From assembly GCA_963663385.2 (NCBI GenBank), contig CAXXXD010000002.1, forward strand, positions 416,001 through 480,000: DNA of 64,000 nt, in the 5' to 3' direction. Shown here one piece after another: positions 48,371 through 57,947 of the stretch. The DNA comes from Oceanispirochaeta sp. (GTDB lineage: Bacteria; Spirochaetota; Spirochaetia; DSM-2461). Every line of letters begins with the position of its first letter. The stretch's first letter is position 1. The translations under genes and the position numbers were made by a program. The notes under the pieces are model-generated. The model had not been told where the DNA came from, did no database searches, and worked only from the letters and a program-made list of their open reading frames with translations.

Positions 48371-49597
48371 TTATTGGATGTTGAAATAATGGTCTACTCC
48401 ATAGGCCGCAGCACCCTTTAATGTCGGTATAGATTCACCACTGTTAAAAAGGATTCTGGTCTTTTTTATGGATAGCCTGGGAAAGGCTAACTCTTTGACC
48501 AGAGATTTAATTCCCTTTTCAAAGTATTCAGACTGGCAAGAGTAATCTCCTTCGATCAGAATAAGCTCTGGATCAAAAAACATTATAATTTGTGAGATGG
48601 ATATGGAAAACCAGTAGATTACTTCATCCACTATTTTCCTGGCCAATGGATCCTCACTCTCTGATGCCTTCAGAATTGTTTCTATATCAATATCATCTTC
48701 TGTATTGATGAGTATTGAACCCGGAAAATCCATTCTGTAATTTTGAATTTTTTCATTAAGTCTTTTAATACTCAGTTGTTGTTCAAGGCACCCTTTACTG
48801 CCACAGGCGCAAATTTCCTTGTCTTCTCTGTTTACTGTAATATGTCCGATTTCTCCGGATAAATAATGTTTACCAGGGTATAACAGGCCATCCAGAAGTA
48901 TTCCGGATGTAACTCCATGCCATCCTGCATCAATCAGAACAACAGTATCGTAACTACTCGCACACCCAAGTTTATTTTCACCATATGCTTTGTAGCGGAT
49001 CCAGTTATCCAAGTGTATCGGACAGTCCAGATTTAATGTGTTCTGAAGTGTTTCTTTTAGATTTGAATATATTCCCCAAGAGGGAAAATATGTAGAATGT
49101 ATACAGATTCCAGTATCAGGATTAACATTCCCGTGTATTGCTACCAGGCAGGCCAGAAAAGATGTCTCGTCAGGAAGCATAGCTTCATGCTTTTTAATAA
49201 ACCCTTTCATTTTAATAGCGATAGTATCAAAAGGTTCATCAACTTTAAGGGCCGTTTCTTCATTTACGACTTTTTGATATTTTAAATCTGATAATCTAAA
49301 TTGAATTCTATCATACTTGATATGAAATGCAAGGATTAAATTTTTTCTGGAATTGAAGCGGAAAATAGAAGGCCGTTTTCCTCCTTCTTCGCTTGAATCA
49401 CCTTTGCCGGCATCTTCGATGATGCCTTTGTCCAGTAATTCTTCATTTATTATCATCACAGTCGTTCTGCTGAGTTTTACTGATTTGGAAATTTCAGAAA
49501 CTGAAAGAGTTTCATTTTCCCTGTACAGCTCTATTATTAGCTTTGTGTTGCGAGATCTGATATTTTTAGGTTTTGTACCTAAGCCGTAATTACTCAT
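48371..49597 (-). CDS. ROK family transcriptional regulator
   Basis: Start MSNY at 49597; HTH, EGGKRP, SGEIGH, CACGSKGCLE. Confidence 0.92.
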   Translation of the reverse strand: MSNYGLGTKPKNIRSRNTKLIIELYRENETLSVSEISKSVKLSRTTVMIINEELLDKGIIEDAGKGDSSEEGGKRPSIFRFNSRKNLILAFHIKYDRIQFRLSDLKYQKVVNEETALKVDEPFDTIAIKMKGFIKKHEAMLPDETSFLACLVAIHGNVNPDTGICIHSTYFPSWGIYSNLKETLQNTLNLDCPIHLDNWIRYKAYGENKLGCASSYDTVVLIDAGWHGVTSGILLDGLLYPGKHYLSGEIGHITVNREDKEICACGSKGCLEQQLSIKRLNEKIQNYRMDFPGSILINTEDDIDIETILKASESEDPLARKIVDEVIYWFSISISQIIMFFDPELILIEGDYSCQSEYFEKGIKSLVKELAFPRLSIKKTRILFNSGESIPTLKGAAAYGVDHYFNIQ

Positions 49598-49673
49598 AAT
49601 AACTTTATCATATGTCCAATATCCGATTAGAGTCAATATAAAAGTAAAACAATGTAACAATACAATGTATCGT

Positions 49674-49735
49674 AATTTAGTAGCATAATAAAGTAACATA
49701 ATAAAGTTGACAAACCTATTATGAGGGTTTAAAAT
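49674..49735 (+). promoter_or_regulatory. Promoter plus shared operator of the UroD-like/iolG operon
   Basis: AATTTAGTAGCATAATAAAGTAACATAATAAAGTTGACAAAC; TTGACA (49707-49712)-17-TAAAAT (49730-49735). Confidence 0.7.
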
Positions 49736-49802
49736 GCTAATATCCAGAAAATGGAAACCGCGGAGCAGGCAGCTCCATCTCATTGAAAAAAAAGGATTAA
49801 GT

Positions 49803-51074
49803 ATGACTTCCCGAGAAAGAGTAATAAAAGCAATCAATCATCAACAGCCGGATAAGGTCCCAGTTGATTTCGGAGCTACTCCCGTTAGTGGAATTTCAGC
49901 TTCTGCCATGGCCCGTCTGCGTAATGCCCTTGGATTGGAAAATGTGCCAATTAAAGTCCATGAACCATTTCAGATCTTGGGGCAGGTAGAAAAGGATCTC
50001 CTTGATGCCATAAAAGGAGATGTTATCGGTTTATGGTCCAACAATACCTGTTGGGGGTATAAAAATGAAAACTGGAAAAAATGGACACTTCCTGACGGTA
50101 CGGATGTTATGGTTGGGGATGGCTTTACCATAAAGACCGATGAGAACGGTGATTATGTAATTTACCCCCAGGGAGATGAAACAGTTCCGCCAAGCGGCAA
50201 ACTGCCAAAAGACGGCTTCTATTTTGACAATATATCCCGACAGGAAGCATATAATGAAGAAAATTTGAACGGCAGGGAAGATTTCAAGCATCAGTGGAGC
50301 ATCTTTACCGACGAAGAACTGGTGGATTTAGAAAAGCGTTCTTCGGATTATTTTACCAATACAGAATATGGCATAATTGGGGTTTTTGATGAAATGGGCC
50401 TTGGGGATGCCGCCAGGTGGCCTGGCCCCGGCCTGAAACAAACCCCGGGAATCCGAAATATCGATGAGTGGCTGATGGCTCATCTTATTCACGCCGACTA
50501 CGTAAACGATGTTTATGATCTTCAGGTTGAAAAAGCCATTGAGAATCTAGCCCTATATAAAGAAGCTGTAGGTGATAAAATCCAGGCAATTATGGTAAGT
50601 GGAACGGATTTTGGAACTCAGCGCTGTGAGTTTATATCTCCGGATATGTTCAGGGAATTCTACAAACCGCGATATAAAAAAGTGAATGACTGGATTCATG
50701 AAAATACAAACTGGAAAACCTTCTATCACAGCTGTGGCTCCATTGTGAATGTATTAGATGACTTTGTAGAAATGGGTGTGGATATTCTAAATCCTGTTCA
50801 GTGTTCTGCTGTTGGTATGGATCCCCATTTCTTAAAAGATACATACGGTGACAAACTGGTTTTCTGGGGAGGAGGAATTGATACACAAAAAACTCTTCCC
50901 TTTGGTAAACCCGATGAAGTCCGGGAAGAAACAATTGAACGTCTCAGTATTTTCTCAAAGGGAGGCGGTTATGTCTTTAATCCCATTCATAATATCCAAG
51001 CGCCTACCCCTGTTGAAAATATTATATCCATGTTTGATTCGGTCAAACAATTTAACAAACAGAATTCAATATGA
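49803..51074 (+). CDS. UroD/MtaA-CmuA methyltransferase superfamily protein
   Basis: Start MTSRERV at 49803; PDKVPVD, GTDFGTQ, FYHSCGS, NPVQ, FWGGGID, HNIQ. Confidence 0.88.
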   Translation: MTSRERVIKAINHQQPDKVPVDFGATPVSGISASAMARLRNALGLENVPIKVHEPFQILGQVEKDLLDAIKGDVIGLWSNNTCWGYKNENWKKWTLPDGTDVMVGDGFTIKTDENGDYVIYPQGDETVPPSGKLPKDGFYFDNISRQEAYNEENLNGREDFKHQWSIFTDEELVDLEKRSSDYFTNTEYGIIGVFDEMGLGDAARWPGPGLKQTPGIRNIDEWLMAHLIHADYVNDVYDLQVEKAIENLALYKEAVGDKIQAIMVSGTDFGTQRCEFISPDMFREFYKPRYKKVNDWIHENTNWKTFYHSCGSIVNVLDDFVEMGVDILNPVQCSAVGMDPHFLKDTYGDKLVFWGGGIDTQKTLPFGKPDEVREETIERLSIFSKGGGYVFNPIHNIQAPTPVENIISMFDSVKQFNKQNSI

Positions 51075-51086
51075 AGGAGAATTAAT

Positions 51087-52100
51087 ATGTCTGATACTGT
51101 CACAATTGGTATAATTGGAGCAGGGCGAATTGCCCATGTTCACGCCAGAAGTCTGTTTTTTCATATTCCCGAAACGGAAGTGAAAATGATTGCCGACCCT
51201 TTTCTGACGCCGGAGGCTGAAGAGTGGGCTACCAAACTGGGAATAAAGGAGTGTAGCAGAAACTATAAGGATATTCTGAATGATCCGGAAATTGATGCCG
51301 TTCTGATCTGTTCCTCCACGGATACCCACGCCAGTATTACTAAGGAAGCTGCTAAAGCCGGCAAGCATATTTTTTGTGAAAAACCGATTGATCTGGATGA
51401 AAAGGAAATTGTACAAACACTGGATATTGTGAAATCTGCAGGCGTTCAGCTGCAGGTCGGATTTAACAGACGATTCGATCATAATTTTAAAGCACTGAAA
51501 GAAGCAGTTGTCAGTAAAAAAATCGGTGATCTGCATATGGTAAAAGTAACATCCAGAGATCCCGGTCCTCCTCCTATTGAGTATGTTAAAGTTTCGGGAG
51601 GGTTGTTTATGGATATGACAATCCATGATTTTGATATGATCCGTTATCTTTCGGGCAGCGAAGTTAAGTATGTATTTGCTACTGCTTCTGTCATGGTGGA
51701 TGATGAAATCGGTAAAGCCGGTGATGTTGATACAGCGGTTATAACTATGGAAATGGAAAATGGTTCTATTTGTGTCATTGATAATTCCCGCAAAGCTGCT
51801 TACGGCTATGACCAGAGAGCAGAAGTTTTCGGTTCGAAGGGAGCTGTGTCAACAGGAAATGATAAACCTAATACATCTGTATTCAGTTCGGCAGAGGGAA
51901 TTACATCGGAAAAGCCGTTTCATTTTTTCCTTGAAAGATATGAGCAGGCTTTTGCAGATGAAATGAAATCTTTTATTGCCTCTCTTTCCAAGGGAGAGCC
52001 TGTTTCTGTAAGTGGTATGGACGGTCTTAAACCCGTACTGATAGCTAAGGCGGCCCTTAAATCTCTTGAGACCGGAAGAAAAGAGCCTGTTGTTCTCTAA
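51087..52100 (+). CDS. iolG: myo-inositol 2-dehydrogenase
   Basis: IIGAGRIA, CEKP, GFNRRFD, SRDP, SGGLFMDMTIHDFD, YGYDQRAEVFG, FFLERY. Confidence 0.9.
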   Translation: MSDTVTIGIIGAGRIAHVHARSLFFHIPETEVKMIADPFLTPEAEEWATKLGIKECSRNYKDILNDPEIDAVLICSSTDTHASITKEAAKAGKHIFCEKPIDLDEKEIVQTLDIVKSAGVQLQVGFNRRFDHNFKALKEAVVSKKIGDLHMVKVTSRDPGPPPIEYVKVSGGLFMDMTIHDFDMIRYLSGSEVKYVFATASVMVDDEIGKAGDVDTAVITMEMENGSICVIDNSRKAAYGYDQRAEVFGSKGAVSTGNDKPNTSVFSSAEGITSEKPFHFFLERYEQAFADEMKSFIASLSKGEPVSVSGMDGLKPVLIAKAALKSLETGRKEPVVL

Positions 52101-52305
52101 TCCATAAGAGAGAAACGTTGCATAATAACTACTGATTAAGGGCCGGCAGTAAGATTAAATTAGTAATATCCGTATAACGGATTTACATAAATTCCCCGGG
52201 ATACAGTATGGAAATGAATTATCTCCTCCTGCTAGCAGGCTTTTTTATGCTGTATCCATTTTTTGTAGAGTATTCTATCGATTTTAATAGATATCAGATA
52301 ATTGG

Positions 52306-52902
52306 CTAATTAAACAATATATTCCTGATTCCTGTAAAAACCATCTGGGCGGACAGGGCAGACAGGATCAGCCCTGTGAGTCTGCTCAGTATGGTGATCC
52401 CTTTTTTCTTCAAAACCTTTTCCAGCCAGGGAGAGATCAGAAGAATCAGTCCTACCAGTAACACGGCGACTGTTACTGCAATAAACCCAGTAAAAAAGTC
52501 TCCTGTTGTTTTATAGGAGGACCCCATAACCATAAGAGTTCCTGTGGTAGCGGGGCCAACAATAATGGGTATGGAGAGGGGAACAACGGAAATATCATTA
52601 TTATCTATCGCTTTGGATTGGGCATCCTTTCCCTGGACCAGGTCTACGGCGCTTAAAAAGAGAATCGCCCCGGCACCGATCTTGAAGGCATCTACGGTAA
52701 TGCTGAAAAGGGAGAAGATTGTGCTGCCGCCGAATATCATTATCAGACAGATCACTTCTACAGAGACAGTTGTTTTAAGAACAAGAATCATTTTCTCTCT
52801 TCTTTCCAGATGGGCTGTCATGGTCAGAAACATAGACAGGACAAAGAAGGGGGTGAAAATAAAAAACAGCTGTATAATCATGGCGAATAAACTGGTTTGC
52901 AT
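52306..52902 (-). CDS. MarC family membrane protein
   Basis: FSITVDAFKIGAG, VVPLSIPIIVGP, SRLTGLILSAL. Confidence 0.9.
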   Translation of the reverse strand: MQTSLFAMIIQLFFIFTPFFVLSMFLTMTAHLERREKMILVLKTTVSVEVICLIMIFGGSTIFSLFSITVDAFKIGAGAILFLSAVDLVQGKDAQSKAIDNNDISVVPLSIPIIVGPATTGTLMVMGSSYKTTGDFFTGFIAVTVAVLLVGLILLISPWLEKVLKKKGITILSRLTGLILSALSAQMVFTGIRNILFN

Positions 52903-53078
52903 GGGGGATCTCCAAACTTGGTCTCAGCATCATTTCTAACGTATTTCAAAGGAGATATCAATATGAAAAACTATTGAAGACCCCAATGCGGGAACCTTTC
53001 ATATCCTATCGGGGAAATATCTGTTCTGCCGGACTATCTACCTTGCATGCACCCGATTCATTACCTAATCTTAATACC

Positions 53079-55130
53079 ATGGAGCCTGTACGGAAAAAAT
53101 ATATTTCTTTTCGCTCTACTATCCTCTTCTATACTCTGGGCTGTTTCATTATTTTTGCCCTTTTGCAGACCGGTTTCGGCTTCTACGATCATTATTCACT
53201 TATAAAGCAGGAATCTGAGGAGAGACTGATGAATCAGGTTCAGGCTCAGATTCAGATGCTTAATGCTGACTTTGTAAAAAAAATAATCTCCGGAAATCTT
53301 ATGGCTGACTATATCCGGGGAACATTTAGCCGTGAACGTTTTGCGGAGGAGGATGATTACCTGTCCTCGTATAAGGAGGAGTTGAAAAACCTGATTTACT
53401 CTCTGGCTTTAGAGGATCTGGATGCCTGGTTCTATTTTAATCCTGAACTGGAAAATGCAAGTCATGATATCTGGTATCTGTATAACCCCGGCAGCGGTTT
53501 GCATGAAAGAGTCAATGAAGTGGATCTCTCATACTATGATGATTCCGCCGGAAAAGACTGGTTCTTCAGGGCCAGAGATGAAGGACAGCCTATCTGGAGT
53601 AACCCTTCTCCCTCCATGCTTGAGGAGTTTAAAGACACTACATGGATTTCCTACTCCTGTCCTGTCTTCCTGGATAATCTGTTTATCGGTGTGGGCGGAC
53701 ACGATTTTGCTTTTGATGATCTGAAGAAAAAACTGGAGGATCTGTCCGTTTTCAGTACAGGTTATACATTTTTAATGAATGATGAGCATGAATTGCTGAT
53801 TCACCCGGATATCGATTCCTCCATTGATATGGATGAATACAGGGGAGGACAATTCAAATGGCTGAATGAAGAGCTGGATAAAAGGGAGACCGGTCTGATT
53901 GAGTATACCTGGATGGACGGTGAGGCAAAGGTCCTGGCTTTTTCTCATCTGTCAAACGGGTGGGTTGCCGGGATGACTGCCCAGCGCGGGATTATTTACC
54001 AGCCCCTTTTCGGGCAGCTCCGGGTTATGGTGCTTATGGTGCTGATAGGGGTGCTTGCCTGTTATGCCCTTCTCATCAGTTTGCTGGCAGGGCTTACCAG
54101 AGATCTGGAAGGACTGAGTTTTTATGTACAGAAAATCGGAGAGGGACATTATGACGTACCGATTCCGGACTACCTGATCCGAAATAATACGGAGATCGGG
54201 ATTCTGGCGGAAACACTGGAACAAATGAGGGTGATTCAGCAGACGTCTTTTGAGCGTATCCGTCTGTATAATGAAGAACTTGAGTCACTTGTTGCGGAAC
54301 GAACCGAAAAACTGGCACAGAACAAGGTGGATCTTGAGCATTCCTACCGGGATCAGAAAGCCCTTCAGGAGAAACTGGTGCAGTCCCGTAAATTCGAAGC
54401 CATTAATCGTTTATTGAAGGAACTGGCAGACAGGATGAGTCTGCCATTGGGAAATGCGGGGATGTCTATCTCATTCTTCAGAAAGAAAATGGAGGAAGTT
54501 TATGAACAGAGTCCCGGTAGATCCCTTACAGAAACAGAGTTTGATCATATAAGCGATATTATCTCATTGGCATCCGGGGATATTGTAAAATCGGTGAATA
54601 TTATAAATCAGCTGCAGGATATAACCCGTATTCTGGATGTGAATCCCTCCGCTTCAATCGATCTTTATAAAACGCTGTATGAAATTTCCTCCCAGTTCAA
54701 GGGAGAACAGCCTGTCGAACAGGCTCCGGAATTTACAATCGATTGTCCCGGTGAACTCAGATTGACAACAAAGCCGTCTCTTTTTCACGCTCTGCTGCTG
54801 AACCTTTTCCGCTATTCTGTTAACTACAGCCTGAACGGAGTAAAAGATCCCCGGATTCGTTTGAAAGCCGGAAGCCGGGGGGGGGTGGTTTTTCTGGAAT
54901 TCCATGATAATTCAAAACTCTCTTTTTCCGAGCTGGAAGATACAGTTTTCGAGCCTTTCACTTTTACAAATGAACGGGACAACCCGGGCGGGATGGAGAT
55001 GTTTATTGTGTACAGTCTTATCGAATCGGGATTGGGAGGAGATATCGACTGTTTTGAGGATTCGTCGGGGCGTCCGTATTTTCTGATCTCCTTCAGGGAA
55101 AATCCTACTGTTTCCGGGGGGGCGGTATGA
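53079..55130 (+). CDS. Cache-HAMP sensor, histidine-kinase-like, with degenerate H-box and HATPase
   Basis: Start MEPV at 53079; TM-dCache-TM-HAMP (EIGILA)-coiled coil (VAERT). H-box reads ELADRMSLPLGN with no His. Confidence 0.8.
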   Translation: MEPVRKKYISFRSTILFYTLGCFIIFALLQTGFGFYDHYSLIKQESEERLMNQVQAQIQMLNADFVKKIISGNLMADYIRGTFSRERFAEEDDYLSSYKEELKNLIYSLALEDLDAWFYFNPELENASHDIWYLYNPGSGLHERVNEVDLSYYDDSAGKDWFFRARDEGQPIWSNPSPSMLEEFKDTTWISYSCPVFLDNLFIGVGGHDFAFDDLKKKLEDLSVFSTGYTFLMNDEHELLIHPDIDSSIDMDEYRGGQFKWLNEELDKRETGLIEYTWMDGEAKVLAFSHLSNGWVAGMTAQRGIIYQPLFGQLRVMVLMVLIGVLACYALLISLLAGLTRDLEGLSFYVQKIGEGHYDVPIPDYLIRNNTEIGILAETLEQMRVIQQTSFERIRLYNEELESLVAERTEKLAQNKVDLEHSYRDQKALQEKLVQSRKFEAINRLLKELADRMSLPLGNAGMSISFFRKKMEEVYEQSPGRSLTETEFDHISDIISLASGDIVKSVNIINQLQDITRILDVNPSASIDLYKTLYEISSQFKGEQPVEQAPEFTIDCPGELRLTTKPSLFHALLLNLFRYSVNYSLNGVKDPRIRLKAGSRGGVVFLEFHDNSKLSFSELEDTVFEPFTFTNERDNPGGMEMFIVYSLIESGLGGDIDCFEDSSGRPYFLISFRENPTVSGGAV

Positions 55131-57139
55131 ACAGGATATTTCCCACAAGAACCCGAATCCTGGCAATTGTATTTTCCTGCTTCATGCTGTTTTCTCTGCT
55201 CCTTTCCGGAATCAGTTTATACCGCAGTTACCTGCTGATTAAATCCGAATCGGAGGAGAAGCTGATGAATCTGATGCGGGTTCATGCCAGGACTCTTGAT
55301 GCGGAAATTGTTCAACGGGAAGTATCCATAAATGTAATTGACCGGTATATCAGACAAACCCTGGATCTGGAGCGGTTTTTACAGGAAGATGAGTATATCC
55401 TGGAATATAAAAAAAAGATGGAACCGCTCATTTTCTCCATAGCGCAGCAGAACCGGAATGCCTGGTTCTTTTTTGATCCGGAAATCAGGAAATGGGGAAA
55501 TGATATCTGGTATGCAGAGGATAGTCAGGGAAACATTCGGCGGATGCCCGAAGAGGATTTGTCAGCTTATAATGATTTGAACGAAGCACTCTGGTTCTGC
55601 AGTGCCAGGGATAAACGGGAGTGTCTCTGGACAAATCCCTATCCCTCACTGGCCTTTGAAGATGTATTCTGGGTAACCTATTCCTGTTCTGTTTATATAG
55701 AGGGAAAATTCATAGGTGTTGGAGGACATGATTTTTATTTCAACGAGTTGAGGGAAAGCCTGGAGAATATCAGTATATACGGAACCGGTTTTGCCTTCCT
55801 TCTCAATGAAGATTTTGAATTTCTGGTTCATCCTGATATGGACAGCGTGATAAACCTGAAGGCATTTGACAGCGAATCGTATGAGTCGACTGTCCGGTTT
55901 ATAAAAGAGCATGAAACGGGGATTCTGGAATACAGGGATGAAAAGGGAGAAGCAAGAACTATGGCGTTTTCGCATCTCTCCAATAACTGGATTATCGGAA
56001 CCACAGCCGCTTCCTATATTATCTATCGCCCCCTGTTTATCCAGATTCGTTCCAAAGCCCTGATAATCCTGGGTGGTTTAATCAGTTTTTATCTGCTTCT
56101 TCATGGTCTGACTCTCCATATGACAATGAATCTTGAAAACCTTACTCATACCCTGTCCCATATAAAATCCGGAGACTACGCCTCGCCCATTCCTGCGGGA
56201 CTCACAGACGACAGAACCGAGGTCGGGGTACTAGCCAGAACGGTAGAGAATATGCGTATTCTTCAGAACAGATCCATAAAAGAGATTCGTCGATACAATG
56301 CGGAACTGGAAAAGGTCGTGGAACGCAGAACCGATGATCTTGAAAGGAGCAGAGGGGAGCTGGAGCTCTCTCTGGAACTTTTGAAATCAACACAGAAGAA
56401 AGTTGTGGAATCAAAGAAATTTGAAGCGACAAACCGTTTTCTGATGGAGATTGCTCACAGATTGAATACCCCTCTGGGGAATGTCAGAATGGCCGTTACT
56501 TTTATAGAGAGTGTTCTGAAGGATTGGGGGAGTTTCCGGAAAACGGGAGAGGGGAATCCTGCCGCCTATATTGCCTATTTGAAAGATTCATCCGCAATAG
56601 CGTCCTCCGGGATTCTGAATTCCCTCAGTATTATAAGAAATCTGCAGGATATAACCGGGGATTTTGAGAAAAAGGATGCCGAATCTGTCAATCTGTATGA
56701 GCTTCTTCAGGATGGCATCAGGGAGTTCTGCTCTCAGTACGATATTACCGATTCCGGGGCTATACAGCTGGAATGCAGGAAGAACCTGGTAATCCATACC
56801 TATCCTGTTCGTATAAAAAGGATGTTTCATAACCTTTTATCCTATTCTATGAAATACAGTATGAAAGAGAGTGAAGTTTTTAAAATTAACCTGACCGTCT
56901 GTGTGCAGGATGATCTTCTTCTCCTTGAGTTCAGGGATAATTCCCGTCTCTCCTATATGGAACTGAAAGAGAGAATCTTTGAGCCCTACTCGGTTAATTC
57001 ATTTCAGGATGACGGCGGCGGTATGGAAATGCATATGATCTACAGTCTGGTCAAGATCGGTCTGGATGGTGATATCGAGTGTCTTGAAAGTAATAATCGA
57101 CCTTATTTTCGGATTTCCCTGCCTGTTCAAATTGTTTAA
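55127..57139 (+). CDS. Paralogous Cache-HAMP sensor, histidine-kinase-like; H-box retained, HATPase degenerate
   Basis: EIAHRLNTPLGN; DNSR and GGGMEM in place of DxGxG and GxGLGL. ATGA overlap with the upstream paralog. Confidence 0.82.
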   Translation: MNRIFPTRTRILAIVFSCFMLFSLLLSGISLYRSYLLIKSESEEKLMNLMRVHARTLDAEIVQREVSINVIDRYIRQTLDLERFLQEDEYILEYKKKMEPLIFSIAQQNRNAWFFFDPEIRKWGNDIWYAEDSQGNIRRMPEEDLSAYNDLNEALWFCSARDKRECLWTNPYPSLAFEDVFWVTYSCSVYIEGKFIGVGGHDFYFNELRESLENISIYGTGFAFLLNEDFEFLVHPDMDSVINLKAFDSESYESTVRFIKEHETGILEYRDEKGEARTMAFSHLSNNWIIGTTAASYIIYRPLFIQIRSKALIILGGLISFYLLLHGLTLHMTMNLENLTHTLSHIKSGDYASPIPAGLTDDRTEVGVLARTVENMRILQNRSIKEIRRYNAELEKVVERRTDDLERSRGELELSLELLKSTQKKVVESKKFEATNRFLMEIAHRLNTPLGNVRMAVTFIESVLKDWGSFRKTGEGNPAAYIAYLKDSSAIASSGILNSLSIIRNLQDITGDFEKKDAESVNLYELLQDGIREFCSQYDITDSGAIQLECRKNLVIHTYPVRIKRMFHNLLSYSMKYSMKESEVFKINLTVCVQDDLLLLEFRDNSRLSYMELKERIFEPYSVNSFQDDGGGMEMHMIYSLVKIGLDGDIECLESNNRPYFRISLPVQIV

Positions 57140-57810
57140 AACTCATCAATCATATTCTTCAGAGACTCTCTGTCTATTATGGTGATGGAACGGCCTTCCA
57201 TTGAAATAACTCTGTTTTTCTTTAAATCATGAAAGGCCCGGCACAGGGTTTCCGGAGTTGCACCGAGCATTTTGGAAAGTTCCTGGTGGCTGAAAGGGAG
57301 CTCAATGGTATCTGAATCTTCTGTCAGGGAGAGAGAGTAAGTCAGAAAGGAGGCCAGTCTCTGAGGAACTTTCTGCAGGGCCAGGGATTCTACCATTCCC
57401 ATGGATTCCGCCAGCCGGGCAGACAGGGCGAATACGAGGCTGAGCAGCAGAGACTGCTCTTTATAGGCAATTGCTTCAAGCTTTTTTTTTGAAAGAAGAT
57501 AAACTCGTGACTTTTCAAGAGCTATGGCATTGGCCGGAAAAAGGTTCTCTGTAAAGAGGGTGCACAAGCCCATCATTTCCCCGGGACTGTAGATATGTTC
57601 AATCTGCTCTTTCCCGTTAGGAGAGTATTTGGTCAGTTTCACACTCCCTTTACTCAGGAGGCAGAGGGAATCCATAATATCATTATCTCTGACGACAAAC
57701 TGGCCTTCTTCGTATTCCTTCTCCCTGATCAGACCGGCAATCAGCTTAAGCTGACTGTCAGAAAGCCCGCTGAACATGGTTGTTTTACTTAAAAATTCTA
57801 TTCGCTGCAT
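57136..57810 (-). CDS. Crp/Fnr family transcriptional regulator
   Basis: cNMP-binding-like domain (GSVKL...GKEQ...PGE) and HTH SHQELSKMLGATPETLCR. Confidence 0.92.
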   Translation of the reverse strand: MQRIEFLSKTTMFSGLSDSQLKLIAGLIREKEYEEGQFVVRDNDIMDSLCLLSKGSVKLTKYSPNGKEQIEHIYSPGEMMGLCTLFTENLFPANAIALEKSRVYLLSKKKLEAIAYKEQSLLLSLVFALSARLAESMGMVESLALQKVPQRLASFLTYSLSLTEDSDTIELPFSHQELSKMLGATPETLCRAFHDLKKNRVISMEGRSITIIDRESLKNMIDEF

Positions 57811-57859
57811 ACTGTTCTCTCAAATAACTGGATAAAGTTATGAAATTATCGCTCCCAAA

Positions 57860-57873
57860 TTGATCTATATCAA
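57860..57873. promoter_or_regulatory. FNR box
   Basis: TTGAT-CTAT-ATCAA, an exact TTGAT-N4-ATCAA, between the Crp/Fnr gene and the flavoprotein. Confidence 0.8.
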
Positions 57874-57947
57874 TATATATTTCAGGAATATGCCATAAAC
57901 TCCTTAATTGAATAATAACTTATCCAATGGGAAAGAGGAGTATTGTG

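Noticed and set aside
49803..51074. Heme biosynthesis hemE (also 15018-16151)
   Set aside because: Lacks the HemE N-terminal RQAGR motif; has the HSCG methyltransferase-like motif; no tetrapyrrole genes nearby.
52101..52305. Possible riboswitch or sRNA (GGAAATGAATTATCTCC, fluoride-like start)
   Set aside because: Lies between convergent 3' ends and lacks the downstream GCTGATGAC element; only small hairpins, consistent with a terminator.
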